Assembly: GCA_963796455.1 (NCBI GenBank)
Contig: CAWCLO010000001.1
Location: forward strand, 512,001-576,000
Origin: Candidatus Sulfomarinibacteraceae bacterium
GTDB taxonomy: Bacteria; Acidobacteriota; Thermoanaerobaculia; Thermoanaerobaculales; Sulfomarinibacteraceae
Length of the DNA: 64,000 nucleotides
Reading direction: 5' to 3'
Below, one piece after another: positions 18,053-27,819 of the stretch; the first letter of the stretch is position 1; each line of letters begins with the position of its first letter. Both the position numbers and the translations under genes were made by a program. Under the pieces are notes generated by a model that had not been told where the DNA came from, made no database searches, and saw only the letters and a list, made by a program, of their open reading frames with translations.

Positions 18053-19996
18053 ATGGCACAGACAATTACCGAAAAAGTCGTCCAGGCGCACGCCGAAGGA
18101 TTGGATGCCGGCCACGAGGTACTGGCCGGAGACATGGTCACCGTCAGGCCATTCCACGTCATGACCCATGACAACACCGGCGCCGTGATGCCGAAGTTCC
18201 GCACCATCGGCGCCCATCAGGTCGCCGATCCGACGCAGCCGGTCTTTACTCTCGACCACAATGTTCAGGACACCTCCGAGGAGAACCTGGCGAAATATCG
18301 GCGCATCGAAGACTTCGCCAACGAGCAGGGAATCGAGTTCTTTCCCGCCGGAGCGGGAATCGGCCACCAATTGATGGTGGAACAGGGGTTCGTCCATCCC
18401 GGAACTCTGGTCGTGGCCTCGGACTCCCACTCGAATATGTATGGCGCCATGGCCGCCGTTGGAACACCCGTGGTACGGACCGATGCGGCCGCTCTGTGGG
18501 CCGGTGCGGTTACCTGGTGGTTGGTGCCGCGGACGGTCAAGGTCACGCTCGTAGGCGAACTGCGACCCGGGGTCTCCGGCAAGGACGTCATCATCACCCT
18601 CTGCGGTCTCTACAACTCCGGCGAGGTCCTCAACGCAGCAATCGAGTTTCACGGACCGGGCGTGGCGGGACTGTCGATGTCGGAGCGACTCACCATTTCC
18701 AACATGACTACCGAATGGGGGGCCCTCGTCGGTTGGTTCGGTTTCGACGAAATCACGGCTGAGTACCTTCGCGACCGATCCGCGGCGCTGAAGATAAAGG
18801 GAGTCGGCGATCGGCTCACTGAAGAGATGATCTCCCACTGGGAGGAAAACCCGCCGGCACCCGACCCCGATGCCTCCTACGCCGCAACGATCACGCTCGA
18901 CCTCGGATCCGTATCACCTCATGTTTCGGGCCCCGACACGGTCGCGGTCATGCACTCCGTCGCCGAATTGGCCGAGAAAAAACTCAAGGTGGACAAGGCC
19001 TATCTGCTTTCCTGCACCAATGCGCGCTACGACGACCTCGTCGAAGCGGCCGCTGTTCTGCGCGGGAAAAGGGTCGCCGATCACGTGGAGCTCTACGTCG
19101 CGGCCGCCTCCGCTACCGTCCAGGCCGCCGCCGAGGAAGACGGCACCTGGGCCGACCTGCTCGAAGCCGGGGCTCGATCGCTGCCACCGGGGTGCGGCGC
19201 ATGCATCGGTCTCGGTATCGGTCTCCTGGAGGATGGCGAAGTCGGGATCTCGGCCACCAACCGCAACTTCAAGGGACGGATGGGGTCGCGGGATGCCAAA
19301 GCCTATCTCGCCAGCCCCGCGGTCGTCGCGGCCTCGGCGATCTCGGGCTTCATCACCGGACCTGAGGATCTCGGGTCTTCGGTTCCGGACTACGCATTCG
19401 AGGATCTCGGTTGGAAGCCGACCGAACGCGAAGTGGCGATCCGCGAAGGATTCCCGGGTTCGCTCGCCGGCAGGGCACTGCTCATGCCGGTAGACAGCCT
19501 CAACACCGACGGCATCTACGGCAAGGACGTCACCTATCGCGACGATCTCACGCCGGAGCAGATGGCGGGCCACGCGATGGCCAACTACGATCCCGATTTC
19601 CAGAACATCGCAGCCGAAGGAGACATCATCGTCGCCGGCCGCAACTTCGGATCCGGTTCGTCGCGCGAGCAGGCGGCAACCGCCCTCAAATTCCGGGGCA
19701 TTCAGATGGTGATCGCTGCCTCCTTTTCGCAGACCTATCTCCGCAACGCCTTCAACAACGCCTTCATTTGTTTGCAGAGCGAGGCACTTTCGGAGGCCAT
19801 CCGGAAGGCGTATGAGGACGAGGCCGCAGCGGGCGCACGCTCAATTCCGGCCGGCGATCTCAGCATCGATTTCCGGAACGCCACCGCCTCCTGGCGAGGC
19901 GAGACTTTTGCACTCTCACCGGTCGGCCCGGCAGCGCAGGAACTGGTCCTCGCCGGCGGTCTCGAAGCCCTCACGAGAAAACGCCTCGGGCTCTGA
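18053..19996 (+). CDS. lysF: Single-chain, fungal LYS4-type homoaconitase (aconitase family)
   Basis: QTITEK, HDN, GIGHQ, ASDSHSNMYG, GTPVVRTDAA.LW...TWW, SCTN, GCGACIG, NRNFKGRMG, fused swivel domain NFGSGSSREQA. Confidence 0.85.
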   Translation: MAQTITEKVVQAHAEGLDAGHEVLAGDMVTVRPFHVMTHDNTGAVMPKFRTIGAHQVADPTQPVFTLDHNVQDTSEENLAKYRRIEDFANEQGIEFFPAGAGIGHQLMVEQGFVHPGTLVVASDSHSNMYGAMAAVGTPVVRTDAAALWAGAVTWWLVPRTVKVTLVGELRPGVSGKDVIITLCGLYNSGEVLNAAIEFHGPGVAGLSMSERLTISNMTTEWGALVGWFGFDEITAEYLRDRSAALKIKGVGDRLTEEMISHWEENPPAPDPDASYAATITLDLGSVSPHVSGPDTVAVMHSVAELAEKKLKVDKAYLLSCTNARYDDLVEAAAVLRGKRVADHVELYVAAASATVQAAAEEDGTWADLLEAGARSLPPGCGACIGLGIGLLEDGEVGISATNRNFKGRMGSRDAKAYLASPAVVAASAISGFITGPEDLGSSVPDYAFEDLGWKPTEREVAIREGFPGSLAGRALLMPVDSLNTDGIYGKDVTYRDDLTPEQMAGHAMANYDPDFQNIAAEGDIIVAGRNFGSGSSREQAATALKFRGIQMVIAASFSQTYLRNAFNNAFICLQSEALSEAIRKAYEDEAAAGARSIPAGDLSIDFRNATASWRGETFALSPVGPAAQELVLAGGLEALTRKRLGL

Positions 19997-20019
19997 TTGG
20001 TTGAGGAATTCGAGGGTCG

Positions 20020-20432
20020 GAGCCACTCTTGTCCGAGACAGGTTCTCGGCTACCGTTCAGGGACGGCGACAGCGATCAGCGTCAGAGACAGGGAACAGCG
20101 TTCAGTAGTCAGCGGCAGCGACCAGCGGCCGGGGCAGCTTCAGCTTCGGCGAACAAACGACCCGAAGGTGGCCACGCTGTCGCGGCACCTGATCGCTGTC
20201 CACTGATCGCTGTCCACTGACCGCTGTCCCTGATCGCTGTTCCTGATCACTGCCCCCTGTCGCTGTTCGCTGTTGCCTGTCGCTGCCGCTGCAAATCGGG
20301 CACGGACGCGGACGCGGACACGGGCACGGGCACGGGCCACCGCGAACTGGATATGCCAAAAACCAACCCGTAAACCACGTATTGTCAGATGGGCAACTCC
20401 ACATGACGATCTGTTTTGGACAACAGTGGTTC
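20020..20432 (-). mobile_element. Element A copy 3, complete gene-less copy
   Basis: Termini GAGCCACTCTTGTCCGAGAC / GTTTTGGACAACAGTGGTTC; CAGCG and CGCTG arms; AACGACCCGAAGGTGGCC remnant. Confidence 0.8.
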
Positions 20433-20801
20433 GGAGTGAGGATTGCTCGCCGAGAGCGATAGCGACTGCGACGGCCAATCTGCGTTTATCTGCGTGATCT
20501 GCGTTTTCTCCAGCCGGTCCGTTTTCCGGAGATGTGGCGGTATCTCAACGGTTATTGAAACAGGGTCTCATCATCAGAACCGTTTGTATTGCAGGTATTT
20601 GACGCGGTTGCTGTGTTATGCTCGCGATCGCCATTTGACGTTTGGTCAGAACAGTTCGTCTCGTCACCGATCCGGGGAAGGGGGAACGGCGTTGCGAGGG
20701 ATTTCAGTAGCTACAGACGGCACATTTGCCTGTATTGCTGGTGAACCACCATCCCCCCGGATGACCCCCCAAAAAACCCCGTACATCAACCGCGTTACTA
20801 T

Positions 20802-20842
20802 CGGCCCTTCAGCCCACTGGTTTGAAGGGCCGTCTTGTTTTT
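20802..20842 (+). terminator. Terminator-like hairpin in the leader of the DUF1302 operon
   Basis: CGGCCCTTCA/TGAAGGGCCG 10-bp stem then TCTTGTTTTT, ~45 nt before the start codon. Confidence 0.5.
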
Positions 20843-20885
20843 GCACAGGTTCAGAATCAAACAACAGGACGATTGGAGGGAGGAG

Positions 20886-22838
20886 ATGAACATGATGTCG
20901 AAATCCAGGCTGATCCATAGGGGGCGGGGCGTTGGTGCCTTTGTTCTCGCGGCAGCTTTGATCGTGGTCTTTTCGGCACCCGCCGAAGCGATCGATCTCT
21001 CGTCGAACAAGGGCTCGTACACGCTCAATCTCGACACCACCGTTTCGTGGGGCGGACGGCTTCGGGTCGCCGATCGAGATCCGAGCATCATCAGCCCCTT
21101 CGAAGGGGGTACCGCGTGGTCGGTCAACGGCGATGATGGCAATCTCAACTTCGAAAAGAACTCTTTGGTCAGCAATTCTCTCAAGGCGACCATCGATTTC
21201 GATTTCGCAACCTCCAGGAATAACCCACACCAATTCGGTGTCTTTCTCCGCGGCAGCGGTTTCTATGATTTCGCTCTCGAACAGAATTGCTGCGAACGGA
21301 CCGAATTGACCCAGGAAGCGCTCGATTGGGCAGGGAGCCGCGTCGAACTGCTCGACGCCTTCGCGTGGTGGCAGTTCCCGCTCGGCGGTGGACGCCGCGG
21401 TGAGATCCGAGTCGGCCGCCAGGTCCTCAACTGGGGCGAGAGCACCTTCATTCAGGGTGGACTGAGTGTCATCAACTCGGTCGATCTGTCGGCCCTGCGG
21501 GTGCCGGGCTCCGAGCTCCGCGAGGCCTTCCGGCCGCAAGGAATGGTCTGGGCCTCCTTCGATCTTTCAGCCAACATCTCGGTTGAGGCCTTCTACCAAT
21601 ACGAGTGGGAAAATATCGTCGTTGATCCTCCAGGCACTTATTTTTCGACCAACGACTTCGTGGGGCTGGGAGGCGAAAGAGTCTTCCTCGCATTTGCCAG
21701 CTTCCCCGACACGGGCGAATCGCCGTTCTACATCCAGCCGCCGTCGGACTACCCCTTCATGAGTGTGCCCAGAGGCGCAACCCAAGAACCGGATGATGGC
21801 GGCCAGTACGGTCTGTCGCTGAAGTGGTTTTTGCCAAACTTTGGCGGCACCGAATTCGGTTTCTATTACATGAACCTCCATAGCCGGCTGCCGACCATCA
21901 ATGGCGTTACCGGTCCGATTTCGATCGTTCCCGGTATCCAGGCCGCGGGTGCCGCTGCAGCGCTGCAGATCTACTATTTCTTTGGCGTGCCACCGGGCGT
22001 CAGCCCTCAGGTCGACGCGGCGGCTGCCCAGGCGGCACAGGCGGCCGCAACCTCCATGTACGCCAACAGCGCGACGTGGTATACCGCCTATCCCGAAGAC
22101 ATCAAGGTCATGGGTCTGAGCTGGAACGCCCAACTCGGCACCTCGGGCATCGCCTTCCAGGGCGAAATTTCATACCGTCAGGACAACCCGCTCCAGAAGG
22201 ACGATGTCGAGGTCCTCTTTGCAGCGCTGTCGCCCATTTCCGCCGGGCTCGCGGCGACCAATCAGGTCGTTCCGGGCGGTGCCGGATTCTCGGAGACCAT
22301 CCTGGGCTACGACACATTTGACACTTCACAGCTTCAATTCACCTTTACCAAGGTATTCTCCAACTTCCTCGGCGCGGATCAGGGCGTGGTCGTTCTCGAA
22401 CCCGGATTCAACTGGGTCTTCGACATGCCGGACAAGGAAGAGCTTCGCTTCGAGGGCCCTGGGACCTATACCAGCGGCAACCCGATCCACGCACTGCCCG
22501 GCGGTGCCCACGCCGGCAAACCGGCCGAGGAACCGCAACGTTTCGCCGATGACTTTTCATGGGGCTACCGCATGGCGGGGCGCCTGACCTACAACAACGC
22601 CATCGGTGCCTGGAGCCTGGCGCCTCGCTTTGCCTGGGCCCACGATGTTCAGGGCGTCTCGCCGGCACCCGGGGGTTCCTTCATTCCGAATCGCAAGGCA
22701 TTCACGATCGGTCTCCAGGCCGGTTTCCAGAACGCCTGGCAGATCGATCTCAGTTACACCGACTACAGCGGCGCCGGCCGCTACAACCTGATCAACGACC
22801 GCGACTTTGTCGGCGCGTTCGTCAAGTTCTCGTTCTAG
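20886..22838 (+). CDS. DUF1302 family outer-membrane beta-barrel-like protein
   Basis: Signal peptide, NGDDGNLNF, GRQVLNWGESTFI, LRVPGSELRE, DRDFV...C-terminal F. Confidence 0.85.
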   Translation: MNMMSKSRLIHRGRGVGAFVLAAALIVVFSAPAEAIDLSSNKGSYTLNLDTTVSWGGRLRVADRDPSIISPFEGGTAWSVNGDDGNLNFEKNSLVSNSLKATIDFDFATSRNNPHQFGVFLRGSGFYDFALEQNCCERTELTQEALDWAGSRVELLDAFAWWQFPLGGGRRGEIRVGRQVLNWGESTFIQGGLSVINSVDLSALRVPGSELREAFRPQGMVWASFDLSANISVEAFYQYEWENIVVDPPGTYFSTNDFVGLGGERVFLAFASFPDTGESPFYIQPPSDYPFMSVPRGATQEPDDGGQYGLSLKWFLPNFGGTEFGFYYMNLHSRLPTINGVTGPISIVPGIQAAGAAAALQIYYFFGVPPGVSPQVDAAAAQAAQAAATSMYANSATWYTAYPEDIKVMGLSWNAQLGTSGIAFQGEISYRQDNPLQKDDVEVLFAALSPISAGLAATNQVVPGGAGFSETILGYDTFDTSQLQFTFTKVFSNFLGADQGVVVLEPGFNWVFDMPDKEELRFEGPGTYTSGNPIHALPGGAHAGKPAEEPQRFADDFSWGYRMAGRLTYNNAIGAWSLAPRFAWAHDVQGVSPAPGGSFIPNRKAFTIGLQAGFQNAWQIDLSYTDYSGAGRYNLINDRDFVGAFVKFSF

Positions 22839-22851
22839 AGGGGAGGCACAT

Positions 22852-24219
22852 ATGAAAAACCACAGCAAAATCATCCTCGGCTGCGCACTGGTGCTTGCGG
22901 TAGGCATGACGGCACCCGCGTGGGCCCAGTTGTCGGCCGACGAAATCGCCCAACTCGGTACAACTCTGACTCCGCTCGGTGGAGAGAAGGCCGGCAACGC
23001 CGACGGCACGATCCCGGCCTGGGATGGCGGTCTGGCCACACCACCCGCCAACTGGCAACCGGGCACTCACATGGTCAATCCTTTCGGCGACGAAACGCCG
23101 CTCTTCACCATCACCGCAGCCAACATGAGCGAGTATGCAGACAAGCTCACCGTCGGTCAGAAGGCTCTCTTCGAGACCTATCCCGACAGCTATAAGATGA
23201 TTGTCTACCCGAGCCACCGGACGGCCGCAGTGCCGCAACGAATCTATGACGCAACAAAGCACATTGCCGGGACTGCGAAATTGGTCGAAGGCGGCAACGG
23301 TATCACCGGCGCGGTCAACGGCATTCCGTTCCCGATTCCCAAAGAGGGTGTCGAGGCGATCTGGAACCACCTCGTACGCTACCGCGCCGACGCGGCCGCG
23401 CGCCAGATCGGCCAGGCGGCACCGACCCGCGGCGGCAGCTACACCCTGGTCCAGTTCCGCGATGAGTTCTACATGTCATACAGCATGCCGGACATGAGCG
23501 AAGAAAAGCTCAACAACCGGGTCTTCTTCTTCAAACAGGAAGTGACCGCCCCGGCCCGACTCGCCGGTGGTGTGCTGCTGGTGCACGAAACGATGGACCA
23601 GGTCAAGGAACACCGCAACGCATGGCTTTACAACCCCGGTCAGCGTCGAGTTCGCCGGGCGCCGAACGTGGCCTATGACAACCCCGGAACCGCGGCCGAC
23701 TCGATGCGGACCTCGGATCAGCTCGACATGTTCAATGGCTCACCGAGCCGCTATGACTGGAAGCTTGTCGGCAAGAAGGAAATCTACATTCCCTACAACT
23801 CGTACAAGCTCCAGGACCCCTCGGTCAAGTTCAAGGACATCCTGACGCCGCTCCACATCAACCAGGACCTCCCGCGCTACGAACTCCATCGGGTGTGGGT
23901 CGTTGATTCGACCCTCAAAGAGGGCTCACGCCACATCTACAAAAGACGGACCTTCTATATCGACGAAGACAGCTGGCAGATTGCAGCGGTCGACATCTAT
24001 GACAACCGTGATCAACTGTGGCGGGTCTCCGAGGGCCACATCGTGCAGTATTACCAGATGCCGGCCATGTGGACCTCGCTCGAGGTCCATACCGACCTCC
24101 AGGCAGGCCGCTATCTCGCGGTCGGTCTCAACAGTGAAAATGCGCCCTACGATTTCACCATCACGCGAAGCCCCGAGGACTTCACTCCGGCGTCGCTGCG
24201 CCGCACCGGCCGGCGCTGA
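22852..24219 (+). CDS. DUF1329 family periplasmic protein (LolA-like)
   Basis: LTPLGGEKAGNADGTIPAWDGG, PFPIPK, YNPGQRRVRRAP, RYELHRVWVV. Confidence 0.88.
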   Translation: MKNHSKIILGCALVLAVGMTAPAWAQLSADEIAQLGTTLTPLGGEKAGNADGTIPAWDGGLATPPANWQPGTHMVNPFGDETPLFTITAANMSEYADKLTVGQKALFETYPDSYKMIVYPSHRTAAVPQRIYDATKHIAGTAKLVEGGNGITGAVNGIPFPIPKEGVEAIWNHLVRYRADAAARQIGQAAPTRGGSYTLVQFRDEFYMSYSMPDMSEEKLNNRVFFFKQEVTAPARLAGGVLLVHETMDQVKEHRNAWLYNPGQRRVRRAPNVAYDNPGTAADSMRTSDQLDMFNGSPSRYDWKLVGKKEIYIPYNSYKLQDPSVKFKDILTPLHINQDLPRYELHRVWVVDSTLKEGSRHIYKRRTFYIDEDSWQIAAVDIYDNRDQLWRVSEGHIVQYYQMPAMWTSLEVHTDLQAGRYLAVGLNSENAPYDFTITRSPEDFTPASLRRTGRR

Positions 24220-24234
24220 CATTGTATTGATACC

Positions 24235-24271
24235 GGCGGACGGGCCTCACAGCCCGTCCGCCTTTTTATTT
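24235..24271 (+). terminator. Intrinsic terminator between the DUF1329 and YCF48-like genes
   Basis: GGCGGACGGGC/GCCCGTCCGCC stem + TTTTTATTT. Confidence 0.7.
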
Positions 24272-24299
24272 CTTTCGAAAAAAACCGGGAGAACGGCAG

Positions 24300-25340
24300 A
24301 TGGAAACTCCATCGGGCACACCTACCGCCCGGGTCGCTGATTGCGTGACCCGACGTCAAACCAGGCTCGCAGGGAGAGCGCGGTCATCGATCGTGGTCAT
24401 CTTCGGTCTCCTCTTGGCCGTGGGAGCCTTCGCGACGGCTCAAGAGGAAGATGCCCCGGAATATTCGATTCCGGCGCTGCTGGCACCGCAATCCCTGATG
24501 CTCGATGCGGTTGAAGTCGGCGGGACCCTGATCGCGGTCGGAGAACGAGGCCACATTCTGGTCTCCGAGGATCTGGGCGCAACCTGGCAACAGAGAGATG
24601 TCCCGACACGATCGGGACTCAACGGGGTCTTTTTCCACGATCGTTCAACCGGGTGGGCCGTCGGGCACGACTCGGTAATCCTCCGGACAACCGACGGCGG
24701 CACGACCTGGGAACGGGTCTATTGGGCGCCTGACGACGAAGCTCCATTCTTTGACGTCTGGTTCGCCGACAAAAACTACGGCATCGCTATCGGCGCCTAC
24801 GGCAGCTTCTTCGAAACCACCGATGGCGGTACAACCTGGGATTCACGCTGGATCAGCGAAGATGACTGGCACCTGCACAAGATAGCCCGCGCAACCGATG
24901 GCACGATGTACATCGCTGCGGAGGCAGGTTCGGTCTACCGATCGGATGACGGCGGCGAGAACTGGACCACCCTTTTGACGCCCTACCAGGGCTCCTTTTT
25001 CGGCGTTCTCCCGCTCGCCGACGGGGTCATGGTCTTTGGACTGCGGGGGAATCTCTTCAGATCGGAAGATGGTGGCGAGAATTGGCAGGAGATTGAAACC
25101 GGCACGGTCGCCATGTTGACCGACGGAATCCAACTCGCCGACGGACGGATCGTGATCGTCGGGCTCGGAGGAACGATTCTGGTTTCTGACGACGACGGTC
25201 GATCTTTCGAACTCCACCCGCAGGCGAATCGACGGGGTATTTCGGCGATCGTCGAGACTCCGGATGACAAGGTGTTCATCGTCGGAGAATTCGGGGTCAA
25301 CAACACACCGTTGAGCCAACTCACCGGCGCTACGGACTGA
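24300..25340 (+). CDS. YCF48-like BNR-repeat beta-propeller protein
   Basis: AVGERGHIL, repeated S/T-x-D-G-G-x-x-W Asp boxes; start uncertain (24300 or 24345). Confidence 0.85.
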   Translation: METPSGTPTARVADCVTRRQTRLAGRARSSIVVIFGLLLAVGAFATAQEEDAPEYSIPALLAPQSLMLDAVEVGGTLIAVGERGHILVSEDLGATWQQRDVPTRSGLNGVFFHDRSTGWAVGHDSVILRTTDGGTTWERVYWAPDDEAPFFDVWFADKNYGIAIGAYGSFFETTDGGTTWDSRWISEDDWHLHKIARATDGTMYIAAEAGSVYRSDDGGENWTTLLTPYQGSFFGVLPLADGVMVFGLRGNLFRSEDGGENWQEIETGTVAMLTDGIQLADGRIVIVGLGGTILVSDDDGRSFELHPQANRRGISAIVETPDDKVFIVGEFGVNNTPLSQLTGATD

Positions 25341-25355
25341 GCGGAGGACTTTGAA

Positions 25356-27665
25356 ATGAAGACCATGCTCGAAAATCTGATCTTCAACAACCGCCGCCTG
25401 GTCGTGGCCGTGTTCGTCATTCTGACGATCTTCATGGCCTGGCAGGCCTCGCACCTCAAGATCGATGCCGGCTTCGCCAAGCTCCTGCCGATCAAACACC
25501 CCTATATGCAGACCTATCTTGAATACCGCGACGCCTATGGCGGCGCCAACAAGGTCGTGATCGCCATTCGTGCCAAAGAGGGCGATATTTTCACACCTGA
25601 GTTTTTCCAGGTATTGCAGGAGATTACCGACGAGGTCTTCTTTATCGAAGGCGTTGATCGAACGCGTGTGATGTCGCTGTTTACACCCAACGTTCGATTC
25701 ACCGAGGTGGTCGAGGACGGCATCTCGGGTGGCAACGTCATCCCAGATGATTTCGAACCCACCGAAGCAGGCCTCGCCCAGGTTCGCGAAAACATCCTCA
25801 AGTCCAACTACATGGGCAGGCTGGTCGCCAACGACTTTTCGGCCGCACTGGTTGTCGCCGAGCTCCAGGAAATCAACCCGAACACCGGCGAGCGGCTTGA
25901 TGTCATCGCCGTCTCTTCGATCTTTGAGGACATTCGCCAACGCTACAGCGAAACCGAGGTCGGGGTTGCTTTCGATTACCACATCATCGGTTTTGCAAAG
26001 GTCATCGGCGATATCGCATCGGGCGCGGCCCGGGTGGTGCTCTTCTTCCTGATCGCATTCATCATCACCGCGGTTTTTGTCTGGTACTACTCGCAAAGCT
26101 TCAAACTCACGGTGATCGTCGTCGGCTGTTCGCTGATGGCAGTCATCTGGCAACTGGGTCTGCTGACCCTCCTGGGCTTCGGCATCGACCCCATGTCGAT
26201 CCTGGTGCCCTTCCTGGTCTTCGCAATCGGCGTCAGCCACGGCGTTCAGATGGTCAGCGCATTCCGGGCCGAGGTCTTCGAAGGCACCGACAGTCTCAGC
26301 TCAGCCAAGTCGACCTTCCAACGACTGCTCGTGCCGGGTGGAATCGCTCTGCTCTCGGACACCATCGGCTTCATCACCATCATGTTGATCGAGATTCGGA
26401 TGATCCAGGAAATGGCGATCACCGCCAGCCTCGGTGTAGCGATCATCATCCTGACTGATCTGGTCCTGGTGCCGGTTCTGCTGTCCTACGTGCAACTCGA
26501 CGAGAAATATCTCGCAAAACTTGTCGCCCGGGCCAAACAACTCGATCCCCTCTGGACCTCGTTGGCCAGAATCGCGACAGCGCGCAATGCCACGATCATT
26601 ATCGCGCTGGCCGTCGTGCTCTTTGTCGTCGGCGGTTGGAAGGCCACCCAGATCAAGATCGGTGACCTCCATGCGGGGGTACCCGAGCTCCGCGCCAACT
26701 CGACCTACAACCTCGACACCGGCGTGATCACCGATCACTTCACCTTGGGAGTCGACGTCATCACCACGATCATCGAGTCGCACCCGGAGGCCTGCACCGA
26801 GCACGAGCTCATGACCACCATTGACGCCTTCGAGTGGAATATCAGGAACGTACCCGGCGTGCAATCGGTTTTTGGCATCGGCGCCGTCGCCAAGATCATC
26901 AATGCAGGCTGGAACGAGGGCAGCCTCATGTGGCGGGTCCTGCCCCGCAACACGTCGACCATGGCCCAGGCTGTGACATACATCGACACCAGCACCGGTC
27001 TATTGAACGGCGACTGTAGTGTGATGCCGGTCTACATCTACACCGTCGATCACAAAGCAGAGACCATCAAACGGGTGGTCGCAGCCGTCAAGAAATTCCA
27101 GGCGGAAAACGGATCCGACGAGCTCAAATTCAGGTTGGCCACCGGCAACGTGGGCGTCATGGCAGCCACCAACGAAGCTGTTTCCGAAGCCCAGTTCCCG
27201 ATGCTGATCTACGTCTTCGCGGCGATCATCGTTCTCTGTTTGATCACCTTCCGGTCCCTGAAGGCGACGATAGCGATCGTCGTTCCCCTGGCCTTGGTCT
27301 CGATCCTCGCCTACGCCTTGATGGCCATCCTCGAGATCGGTCTCAAGACCTCCACCCTTCCGGTTGTTGCGCTCGGGGTCGGGATCGGCGTCGACTATGG
27401 GATCTACATTTACAGTCGTTTCAAGAGCTTCTTGAAGGAAGGCATGGCGATCCAGGAGGCCTACCACAACACCCTCAAAGTCACCGGTGCCGGGGTCGTC
27501 TTCACCGGCGTCACGTTGGCTCTCGGTGTCGCCACCTGGATCTTCGCGCCGATCAAGTTCCAGGCCGACATGGGCATCCTGTTGACCTTCATGTTCCTGT
27601 TGAACATGGCGGGCGCGATCGTTCTGCTACCGGCTCTCGCCTACTGGTTGAAACCAAAGGGATAG
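25356..27665 (+). CDS. RND/MMPL family transporter
   Basis: Two repeats of periplasmic loop + TM bundle; FAIGVSHGVQ, GIGVDYGIY. Confidence 0.9.
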   Translation: MKTMLENLIFNNRRLVVAVFVILTIFMAWQASHLKIDAGFAKLLPIKHPYMQTYLEYRDAYGGANKVVIAIRAKEGDIFTPEFFQVLQEITDEVFFIEGVDRTRVMSLFTPNVRFTEVVEDGISGGNVIPDDFEPTEAGLAQVRENILKSNYMGRLVANDFSAALVVAELQEINPNTGERLDVIAVSSIFEDIRQRYSETEVGVAFDYHIIGFAKVIGDIASGAARVVLFFLIAFIITAVFVWYYSQSFKLTVIVVGCSLMAVIWQLGLLTLLGFGIDPMSILVPFLVFAIGVSHGVQMVSAFRAEVFEGTDSLSSAKSTFQRLLVPGGIALLSDTIGFITIMLIEIRMIQEMAITASLGVAIIILTDLVLVPVLLSYVQLDEKYLAKLVARAKQLDPLWTSLARIATARNATIIIALAVVLFVVGGWKATQIKIGDLHAGVPELRANSTYNLDTGVITDHFTLGVDVITTIIESHPEACTEHELMTTIDAFEWNIRNVPGVQSVFGIGAVAKIINAGWNEGSLMWRVLPRNTSTMAQAVTYIDTSTGLLNGDCSVMPVYIYTVDHKAETIKRVVAAVKKFQAENGSDELKFRLATGNVGVMAATNEAVSEAQFPMLIYVFAAIIVLCLITFRSLKATIAIVVPLALVSILAYALMAILEIGLKTSTLPVVALGVGIGVDYGIYIYSRFKSFLKEGMAIQEAYHNTLKVTGAGVVFTGVTLALGVATWIFAPIKFQADMGILLTFMFLLNMAGAIVLLPALAYWLKPKG

Positions 27666-27819
27666 AAGATCGTCAACACTGCAGTCGATCGCAGACCGCA
27701 TCACCCATGCGGGCGGTCGAGACCGAGTCGTCACTCCTGAGGTCGGCGGTGCGCAGCCCGTCCGCGAGGGTCGGCGTGGAGTCTTGCGTCTCGGTGGCAA
27801 CGGATTCTGAGCTAAGAAG

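Noticed and set aside
27666..27819. Possible structured RNA between the RND gene and argE
   Set aside because: Only imperfect GC-rich pairing; single copy and no recognisable family
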